From a virus, in the IMG/VR virus record IMGVR_UViG_3300033074_001163, positions 1 to 40,617 of that record: 40,617 nucleotides of DNA; one strand, 5' to 3'. Within the stretch, counting starts at the first letter, position 1. Each line of letters begins with the position of its first letter. The translations under genes and the position numbers were made by a program. Under the pieces are notes generated by a model. That model was not told the origin of the DNA and did not search any database. It worked only from the letters and a program-made list of their open reading frames with translations. Below are positions 34,274 through 40,617 of the stretch, piece by piece.

Positions 34274-35770
34274 ATGGCAAATATTTCGAATATTGTTAAT
34301 GTTTCGGTAATTCCTCAAGGTAGAAGTTTATCAAGAACAAATATGAATATTGTTGCTTTATTTACTTCGCAACTTGGAGCTTTATCAAGTGCGAATAGAA
34401 CAAAAGCTTATACTGATTTATCAAGCATAGCTGATGATTTTGGAACAACAAGCGCAGTTTATCAACACGCTTCAGTATTATTTAGTGGTACAAAAAACCC
34501 TTGTAATAGCGGTGGTTATTTAGTTGTTGCTTTTTGGAGAGCTACTACTGAAACTGTAAGTGCTAAGGCTGGATATTTAAAAGGTATTCAATTAAGTGAG
34601 TCGGTTATCGTTGATACTTTACAATCTGTTTCAGATGGTTCATTTAAAGTAACAGTTGATGGAGTAGAACAAACAATCACGGGATTAGATTTTAGAACGA
34701 TTGATGAGTTGTCAGATGTTGTTGATATTATCAATGCTGAAATTACTGGTGCAACTGCTTCAATTAACGACCAAAGAATAATCATTACAAGTTCAACAAC
34801 TGGTGCATCAAGTGAAGTATCTTTATTAAGTGCTAACACAACTGGTACATTTATTGGTGTTATTTTAGGTTTATCAATTGGTACGGGTGCTATTGCGTTT
34901 GATGGTATGGCAAGTGGAACTTTAACAGCTGAAAGTAAAGTTGATTCAGTTACTGAAGCTTTAAAAGAAGATCCATTCAAAGGTTTTGTATTCTTAGATA
35001 ATCCAACTGATATTGAGTCAAAAGCTTTAGCAGTATTCTCTCAAGCTAACGACATTCTATCTTATGATGTGTTCGATAGTGCTTCAAATTTAGAAAAAGA
35101 TGTATCTAATGTGGTTTGGGATATTAAATTATCAGGACTTGAAAACTACAGAATGATTTATAGAAAAGATGCAGATAGAAAAGTTGCTACTGCTGAAATG
35201 ACTAGACTTCATACTGTAAACTTCAATAATGAAAATAGTGCAATTACTTTAAACTTAAAAGAGTTAAAAGGAATTACATCTGAAGATTATTCGCAAGATG
35301 AAATTAACAAAGCTAAAAAGGTAGGTTTAGATTTATATACTAACTTTGGAGATTTACCTAAATTATTAACAAGTGGTGCGAATGGTTGGGCAGATAATGT
35401 TTATAACATTATTGCAATTAAAAACTATATTCAAACAGATGTATTTAACTTACTTGGAACAACTGGAACTAAACTTGCACAAATTAAAAGAGATGTTAAT
35501 AAAATTGTTGACACAATTGAAAAAACTTTGATTTTATTTAGAAAGGCAAATGTTATTGGAAGTGGACAATGGAACAGTCCTGATGATTTTGGAGACCCTT
35601 TGTTGTTTAGAAGAAGCATTGCAACTAACGGATATTTCATTTATGCTCAACCACTTAGTGAACAAGTGCAGTCAGATAGAGTTGCAAGAAAAAGTCCTGC
35701 GATACAAGTAGCTTTAAAACTAGCTGGTGCAATTCATTCAGTAGATATTACATTAAGTATAGAGGAGTAA
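34274..35770 (+). CDS. Tail sheath protein (DUF3383-like)
   Basis: 498 aa. N-terminal MANISNIVNVSVIPQG. Followed by a tube-sized gene. Confidence 0.7.
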   Translation: MANISNIVNVSVIPQGRSLSRTNMNIVALFTSQLGALSSANRTKAYTDLSSIADDFGTTSAVYQHASVLFSGTKNPCNSGGYLVVAFWRATTETVSAKAGYLKGIQLSESVIVDTLQSVSDGSFKVTVDGVEQTITGLDFRTIDELSDVVDIINAEITGATASINDQRIIITSSTTGASSEVSLLSANTTGTFIGVILGLSIGTGAIAFDGMASGTLTAESKVDSVTEALKEDPFKGFVFLDNPTDIESKALAVFSQANDILSYDVFDSASNLEKDVSNVVWDIKLSGLENYRMIYRKDADRKVATAEMTRLHTVNFNNENSAITLNLKELKGITSEDYSQDEINKAKKVGLDLYTNFGDLPKLLTSGANGWADNVYNIIAIKNYIQTDVFNLLGTTGTKLAQIKRDVNKIVDTIEKTLILFRKANVIGSGQWNSPDDFGDPLLFRRSIATNGYFIYAQPLSEQVQSDRVARKSPAIQVALKLAGAIHSVDITLSIEE

Positions 35771-35774
35771 GAAT

Positions 35775-36203
35775 ATGTCAGTATCAAGATTTTTAACAAA
35801 TAGCACTACTTTAGTGCTTAACGGTGAGTTAATAAAAGATTTTATTAACGGTGATGTTATTGAATTAGCTTTTGTTAATCCTTTAACATCAAGAGTATAT
35901 GGTGCAAATAGGTCTGTAAATATCACTCAAAGAAGTGACTGCGATGTAGCGACTTTAACTGTAAGAGTTCAAAGATATTCAGAAAATGACATCTGGTTAA
36001 ATGAACAAATTAACGCTGAAGCTCCAGTAATTTTTGACGGTTCTTTAAAAGAAGTTTATATTAAAGATGGTGGCGAGTCGGTAGAATCTTATGAGATATT
36101 ATCAGGGTCAATTACTACTAAACCAACTTATACTAAAAACAATCAAGATGGAAATGCAACAGTAGAGTACATTATTGAGTGTTTCGCTAGGCGTTTGGTA
36201 TAG
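35775..36203 (+). CDS. Tail tube protein (DUF3277-like)
   Basis: 142 aa, immediately after the sheath gene. Confidence 0.6.
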   Translation: MSVSRFLTNSTTLVLNGELIKDFINGDVIELAFVNPLTSRVYGANRSVNITQRSDCDVATLTVRVQRYSENDIWLNEQINAEAPVIFDGSLKEVYIKDGGESVESYEILSGSITTKPTYTKNNQDGNATVEYIIECFARRLV

Positions 36204-36206
36204 TCT

Positions 36207-36270
36207 AGCCCCCTAAGCTTAGGATTAACCCCCTAAGCTTAACCCCCTACTTAAATTTTTAACCCCCTAA
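36207..36270. other. Four C5 tracts in repeated AACCCCCTAA context, with TAAGCTTA palindromes
   Basis: C5 runs at 36209, 36229, 36243 and 36263. CCTAAGCTTAGG is a 12-nt palindrome. Confidence 0.8.
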
Positions 36271-36281
36271 CCTATTTTAGA

Positions 36282-36304
36282 TATAATAAAAATAAAAAAA
36301 GGAG
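36282..36304 (+). promoter_or_regulatory. Class A promoter-leader box
   Basis: TATAATAAAAATAAAAAAAGGAG. Confidence 0.6.
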
Positions 36305-36309
36305 TACCT

Positions 36310-37680
36310 ATGGCAACAACCGAGTTGGTGACGAAATTCAGTTTTATAGGCTCATTAAATCCTCTTAATCAATTAAACAAAGGCTTAGATAGCGGAATTA
36401 GTGCTATTACCAAACTAGGAGCTGGGCTTGGTGTAGGTGCTGTAGCTTTAAATGGATTTAATCTATCTTTAGTTGATGCAATAGACCAACAATCAGATTT
36501 AGCGGAAACTTTAGGGGTATCAATTCAAGCACTTCAAGAGTGGGGATATGTAGCAACTTTAAGTGGAAGTTCTGCACAAGCGTATGAGAGTTCAATCGGT
36601 GGATTATCTCAAGCAATAGGGGATACTGCTAACGATGTAGGTAGAGCAAAAGCTATATTTGAGAAACTTGGAATTAGTGTAAAAGACTCAATGGGTAAAG
36701 TTAAGAGTGCTGATGTTGTAATGGAAGAACTTAGACAAAAATTAAAAGGCTTAGAAAAAACAGAGAAAATATCTATCTTAAGCAAATTAGGAATTGATAG
36801 AAGTATGCTTCAAATGTTAGAATCTAGTGACGAATCAATTAATAAATTGAGATTACAAGCAAGAGCATTAGGCATAACAACTGATGAAGAACGGGAAAAG
36901 GTAGCACAATATAAAGACTCAATGGATACTCTCGGATTTGCTTTTACTGCTTTAGCAACTAAACTACAAATAGCACTAACCCCAGCGTTAAGAAATATGG
37001 CTGATAAATTTGTAACTTTATTTGAAAGCGGAACAATATCAGGAATTATAAACTGGATAAAAGATTTTGGGATTGCTACTTTTAAAACTATTGATGACAT
37101 AGTAGGTTTTAATAATATCTTATTGGCTTTAGGTGCTAGATTTTTATGGCTTAAAAAAGCGATGATAGGAGCTATGTTATTTAATCCATTTACTTATATT
37201 ATTGCAGGAATAACAGCTGTTGTTTTGTTATATGATGATTTAACTCACAAGAATAGTTTTTTAATTAAAAAATTTAACGAATTAAAAGAAAAAGCAATGG
37301 GTTATTTTGATGAGATTGCAAATAGTGTTAAGGCTACTTTTGATGGAGTAATGAACGATATAAAAGGTTTTATTGACAATATCATTTCATATTTTCAACC
37401 GCTTATGGATATGGTAAACAGTACAATAGATTCGGTTAAAAACTTTAATTTTTCAAGTTTAAATCCTTTTGCTGAAAATAATCCAATTAGCACAACCGCA
37501 ATAAGTCAAAATGCCGTACCGCAAACAATAATGAGTAGAACTTTAGCTAATAATGTAAGCAATGATATTAAAATAGAAGTTAAAACTAACGACCCTATGA
37601 CGGCGGGAAATAGTGTCAAAAATGTACTTGAACAACAAATGAAAGATACTAATTCAACTATGAATAAAGGTGGCTATTAA
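36310..37680 (+). CDS. Tail tape measure protein
   Basis: 456 aa. Helical Ala/Gly/Leu-rich N-half, internal hydrophobic segments, and a position after the tube gene. Confidence 0.7.
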   Translation: MATTELVTKFSFIGSLNPLNQLNKGLDSGISAITKLGAGLGVGAVALNGFNLSLVDAIDQQSDLAETLGVSIQALQEWGYVATLSGSSAQAYESSIGGLSQAIGDTANDVGRAKAIFEKLGISVKDSMGKVKSADVVMEELRQKLKGLEKTEKISILSKLGIDRSMLQMLESSDESINKLRLQARALGITTDEEREKVAQYKDSMDTLGFAFTALATKLQIALTPALRNMADKFVTLFESGTISGIINWIKDFGIATFKTIDDIVGFNNILLALGARFLWLKKAMIGAMLFNPFTYIIAGITAVVLLYDDLTHKNSFLIKKFNELKEKAMGYFDEIANSVKATFDGVMNDIKGFIDNIISYFQPLMDMVNSTIDSVKNFNFSSLNPFAENNPISTTAISQNAVPQTIMSRTLANNVSNDIKIEVKTNDPMTAGNSVKNVLEQQMKDTNSTMNKGGY

Positions 37681-38459
37681 TGATTGATGATATTGTAAAA
37701 GGCTATTTATATAAAAAGAAAGATGAAAAACAAACTGTTGGTATTGGTGGTTTTAATCTTGATGTTAGGTTTGAGTCTAATATCAACTTTACTATGGTTG
37801 CACCTGATAATTATGTAGAAGATGGAAGTGTCATAAATGATAATATTATAAACGACCCCATAACTATTTCGATTAGTGGAGAGGTTGCGGATATACATAT
37901 TAAACCCGTATTTGATGATTTTGTTTTAGAAACATTAAGAGAAAAAGTACAATTTAAAGTTATAAACACAGTATTCACAAAGCAACAACAAGAGCGAATC
38001 CAAAAAGTAGTTGATAAGATTTCAAGTGCTGTAAAGCTAGTTGAAAAAGGCAAAGATATTTATGATAGATTTAACAATAGAAATAAAATTAAATCAAGTG
38101 TAAGAACTGCACAAGATGATTTCTTCGATTATATAGAATCGATTTATTTAAATAAAAAATTAATTACTATTGAAATGCCTTTTAGAAATTATGAGAATAT
38201 GTTAATTACTTCTTTGAGTATTTCAAAGAATAATGAAACTAATCAAAAACTTAAATATTCTTTAACTGCTAAAGAGATTAGATTTGCGGAAATTGCATTT
38301 GTAAAAGGTGATATTTATTTTGAAAAACCAACTTCAAAACCACTTGCACAAGTAAAAAATAAAGTGTCTACTAAAAAAGAAAATGGAGTAGTTGATACTA
38401 AAGAAGAAAAGAAAACAGAAGTAGAACAAAAATCATTATTAGGTAGGATATTTCAATGA
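37680..38459 (+). CDS. Tail/baseplate-associated protein (position of Mu gp43 / XkdP)
   Basis: 259 aa. ATGA-type overlap with the tape measure stop. Confidence 0.35.
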   Translation: MIDDIVKGYLYKKKDEKQTVGIGGFNLDVRFESNINFTMVAPDNYVEDGSVINDNIINDPITISISGEVADIHIKPVFDDFVLETLREKVQFKVINTVFTKQQQERIQKVVDKISSAVKLVEKGKDIYDRFNNRNKIKSSVRTAQDDFFDYIESIYLNKKLITIEMPFRNYENMLITSLSISKNNETNQKLKYSLTAKEIRFAEIAFVKGDIYFEKPTSKPLAQVKNKVSTKKENGVVDTKEEKKTEVEQKSLLGRIFQ

Positions 38460-38779
38460 AAAAACTATTATTAACAGAAGACATACATCAAAGTAATTTA
38501 ATCCCTTTTGAAGATGATTTTATCACTTTAGAATTAAAGTTTATTGAGACTTGTTGGTTTATGAATATAAGCTTTAAAGGCAAAACAATCAACGGGATTA
38601 GAGCAGTAAGTGGGATATTATTGTGTAGTGGAATGAATTTTCCGTTTGAATTAATTGTAGATGATAAAGGTTTAGAATTAGACGCATTTAGTGTTGATAG
38701 CTTTACAAGTGAAACTTTTGATTTGTTGCTACTTGAAAGAAATGAAATTACAGCTTTGAGAGGATATGAAGTTGAATAG
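38456..38779 (+). CDS. Hypothetical baseplate-module protein
   Basis: 107 aa, overlapping both neighbours. Confidence 0.55.
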   Translation: MKKLLLTEDIHQSNLIPFEDDFITLELKFIETCWFMNISFKGKTINGIRAVSGILLCSGMNFPFELIVDDKGLELDAFSVDSFTSETFDLLLLERNEITALRGYEVE

Positions 38780-39638
38780 CCAACGATTTGGAAGAGATTA
38801 CGAACTCATAGTAACATTAAATACGGGTGAAGCAATAGCAATTAAACCACCAATTAGAATACAATTCGACTGTGTAAAGAGCGTTGATGGGGGCTTAAAT
38901 AGTTGTAGGGTTAGAATTTATAATCTATCTAAAGATAAAAGAAAAAAGCTTATAAAAGAAGATACAGACATAAATACTAAAATGCCTTTTTTGTTAAAGT
39001 GTGGTTATAACAAAATAGAGAAAATATTTCAAGGTTTTATTTTAGAGTCATTTAGCGAAAAAAGTGGATCTGATATTGTTACTACCATTGTAGCTATGGA
39101 TGGATTAGTCGATGCGCAAGGAAGTTATACATCACAAACAGTAAAAAAAGGTGATGCTATAAATGTAATTTTAAAAGATATGCCCAACACAACGAGGGCT
39201 AAAATATCTGATAGACCAGTATTAAATAGAGCTAAAGTTCTAGTTGGAAATAGTTTAAAGCTAGTCGAGAACAATTTAAAAGATGATGAAACATATTTCA
39301 TAGACGAAGGTAAATTATATATTATCAAACAAAATGAAGTGATTAGCGATTTAGTACCACTTGTAAATGCTTCAACTGGATTATTATTGACACCAGTTAA
39401 AAAGAAATATGAAGTAACTTTTAACACTCTTTTAAATCCATCAATAAAAATAGGTGGGCAAGTTAAACTAGAGTCTATTTATGCTGAAAATTTAAACGGT
39501 ACTTACAAAGTTTTAACTATAACTTATCGTGGAGACTCAACTGGTACAGGTTGGAGTCAAGAGGTGGTATGTGTTAGGTTGAATGAAACTAAGCTTTTAT
39601 TAGCTGAAAATGAGAAACAAAATAAAGCCACTAATTAA
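38766..39638 (+). CDS. Putative baseplate hub protein (Mu gp44 / P2 gpD position)
   Basis: 290 aa. It is the last plus-strand gene before the spike gene on the circular map. Confidence 0.45.
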   Translation: MKLNSQRFGRDYELIVTLNTGEAIAIKPPIRIQFDCVKSVDGGLNSCRVRIYNLSKDKRKKLIKEDTDINTKMPFLLKCGYNKIEKIFQGFILESFSEKSGSDIVTTIVAMDGLVDAQGSYTSQTVKKGDAINVILKDMPNTTRAKISDRPVLNRAKVLVGNSLKLVENNLKDDETYFIDEGKLYIIKQNEVISDLVPLVNASTGLLLTPVKKKYEVTFNTLLNPSIKIGGQVKLESIYAENLNGTYKVLTITYRGDSTGTGWSQEVVCVRLNETKLLLAENEKQNKATN

Positions 39639-39644
39639 AGTGGC
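39627..39644. terminator. Hairpin between convergent genes (weak terminator)
   Basis: GCCACT-AATTAA-AGTGGC. The T run is poor. Confidence 0.35.
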
Positions 39645-39654
39645 TATATTGTTA

Positions 39655-39747
39655 CTACCCAGTTATTAATATTCTAAAAAATGAATTAGCAAGGTTTATA
39701 AAATTATAAGCAGTCCAAAATCCAAAACCAAATAATAATCCAAACAT
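39655..39747 (-). CDS. Small hydrophobic peptide, 30 aa (not in the ORF track)
   Basis: ATG lies 4 nt after the repeat-gene stop. MFGLLFGFGFWTAYNFINLANSFFRILITG. No clear RBS. Confidence 0.3.
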   Translation of the reverse strand: MFGLLFGFGFWTAYNFINLANSFFRILITG

Positions 39748-39751
39748 ATAT

Positions 39752-40617
39752 TTATTGTTCATTGTTAGGCTCAATATACTTTTCATTCGGACAAGCTAAG
39801 ATAAAATCTTTGTATTTATGCCAAAAGTTTAAAGCTTTTTGACCTTCCATTTTTTCTATTTGTTCATCTGTAAAGTTAGCCCATTCTTCTTTTGTGTGAA
39901 GCTGACAACCTAATTTTATATAACCTCCCCATATTTGACATAAATAAGTAAAACAAGTTATATTTATACTCATTAAAGATTTTATTCCATAAGAAGAAAG
40001 CCACTTACCAACTTCTAGCGACTTACCAACTTTTAGCCACTTACCAACTTCTAGCCACTCACCAACTTCTAGCGACTTACCAACTTCTAGCGACTCACCA
40101 ACTTCTAGCCACTTACCAACTTCTAGCGACTTACCAACTTCTAGCCACTTACCAACTTTTAGCCACTTACCAACTTCTAGCGACTTACCAACTTCTAGCG
40201 ACTTACCAACTTTTAGCGACTCACCAACTTCTAGCCGCTCACCAACTTTTAGCCACTCACCAACTTCTAGCGACTTACCAACTTTTAGCCACTTACCAAC
40301 TTCTAGCGACTTACCAACTTCTAGCGACTTACCAACTTTTAGCGACTCACCAACTTCTAGCCGCTCACCAACTTTTAGCCACTCACCAACTTCTAGCGAC
40401 TTACCAACTTTTAGCCACTTACCAACTTCTAGCGACTCACCAACTTCTAGCCGCTCACCAACTTTTAGCCACTCACCAACTTCTAGCCACTTACCAACTT
40501 TTAGCCACTTACCAACTTCTAGCGACTTACCAACTTCTAGCGACTTACCAACTTTTAGCGACTCACCAACTTCTAGCCGCTCACCAACTTTTAGCCACTC
40601 ACCAACTTCTAGCGACT
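39752..40617 (-). CDS. Hexapeptide-repeat protein: repeat core plus C-terminal domain. The start lies outside this end of the window and continues at 1..325.
   Basis: The frame of track ORF 39752..39973 stays open upstream (LEVGKW-LSSYGIKSL-MSINIT) and through all 34 units to the window edge. Units encode L-[EK]-V-G-[KE]-[SWR]. Confidence 0.7.
   Translation of the reverse strand, partial: SLEVGEWLKVGERLEVGESLKVGKSLEVGKSLEVGKWLKVGKWLEVGEWLKVGERLEVGESLEVGKWLKVGKSLEVGEWLKVGERLEVGESLKVGKSLEVGKSLEVGKWLKVGKSLEVGEWLKVGERLEVGESLKVGKSLEVGKSLEVGKWLKVGKWLEVGKSLEVGKWLEVGESLEVGKSLEVGEWLEVGKWLKVGKSLEVGKWLSSYGIKSLMSINITCFTYLCQIWGGYIKLGCQLHTKEEWANFTDEQIEKMEGQKALNFWHKYKDFILACPNEKYIEPNNEQ
40003..40617. repeat. 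18-bp tandem repeat array, 34.2 units, with a 126-bp (7-unit) higher-order repeat
   Basis: Units are in phase from 40003. The 7-unit block recurs at 40147, 40273 and 40489, and at window position 1. Confidence 0.95.

Noticed and set aside
34588-34980. Track ORF antisense to the sheath gene
   Set aside because: It is an antisense frame of a well-supported structural gene. Other antisense track ORFs are rejected for the same reason: 1803..2042, 2283..2465, 3206..3469, 4695..4877, 4994..5266, 5452..5637, 7113..7340, 11191..11409, 15707..15946, 18153..18341, 18433..18621, 19518..19739, 23373..23582, 25014..25202, 26532..26762, 27125..27334, 27421..27606, 33804..33986, 33940..34128, 35431..35640, 36810..37100, 37707..37898, 37811..38053 and 39125..39427.
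40003-40617. The tandem array as a CRISPR array
   Set aside because: The units are contiguous 18-mers with no spacers. No cas genes or leader are present.
39952-40617. Plus-strand coding of the array (the frames giving TYQLLA or LPTSSD repeats are also stop-free)
   Set aside because: Both plus frames meet stop codons (39949-51 and 39990-92) just before the array, with no ATG, GTG or TTG in between. The TYQLLA frame ends at TAA 187-189 without gene context.
1-40617. Diversity-generating retroelement, stop-codon recoding, or lysogeny module
   Set aside because: There is no reverse transcriptase or template/variable repeat pair. All long genes are intact under the standard code, and the only tRNA is Ser(GCU). 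No integrase or CI-like repressor was recognised.

Overview
The window reads as an essentially complete genome of a very AT-rich tailed dsDNA phage with a contractile tail. It closes into a circle of about 40.5 kb once a 129-bp end overlap is removed.

Layout:
- Plus strand, 429-7551: baseplate and tail-fibre genes (429-5705), then a lysis cassette (5948-7551).
- Minus strand, 7692-17159: early/replication block with a Gp157-like protein, a putative annealing protein, a DUF669-type SSB ending in DEIPF, a VRR-NUC nuclease, an SF2 helicase and a primase-helicase.
- 17160-17720: divergent control region rich in iterons and hairpins.
- Plus strand from 17721: terS, terL, portal, MuF-like protein, scaffold-like protein, capsid, connectors, sheath, tube, tape measure and hub.

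The late plus-strand genes are interrupted five times by counter-oriented cassettes:
- 23009-24745.
- 28069-31672, carrying an SNF2 helicase and a DNA methyltransferase.
- 32899-33184, carrying tRNA-Ser and a structured RNA candidate.
- 33754-34155.
- 39655-40617 joined to 1-325.

Each restart of late genes carries a near-identical promoter-leader box. I recognised no integrase, repressor or DNA polymerase.

Most notable observations:
1. An unannotated minus-strand gene spans the contig junction. Its core is about 37 perfect 18-bp units encoding an L-[EK]-V-G-[KE]-[SWR] hexapeptide repeat.
2. A GC-enriched multi-helix RNA candidate of about 190 nt lies next to tRNA-Ser(GCU).
3. A G/GT-like ORF pair with an A_AAA_AAG -1 slippery site sits away from the tube/tape-measure junction, which instead holds four C5 tracts.
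4. There are two conserved promoter-leader classes.
5. An array of ten iterons lies in the control region.

All family names come from recognising motifs by eye. No searches or folding programs were run.
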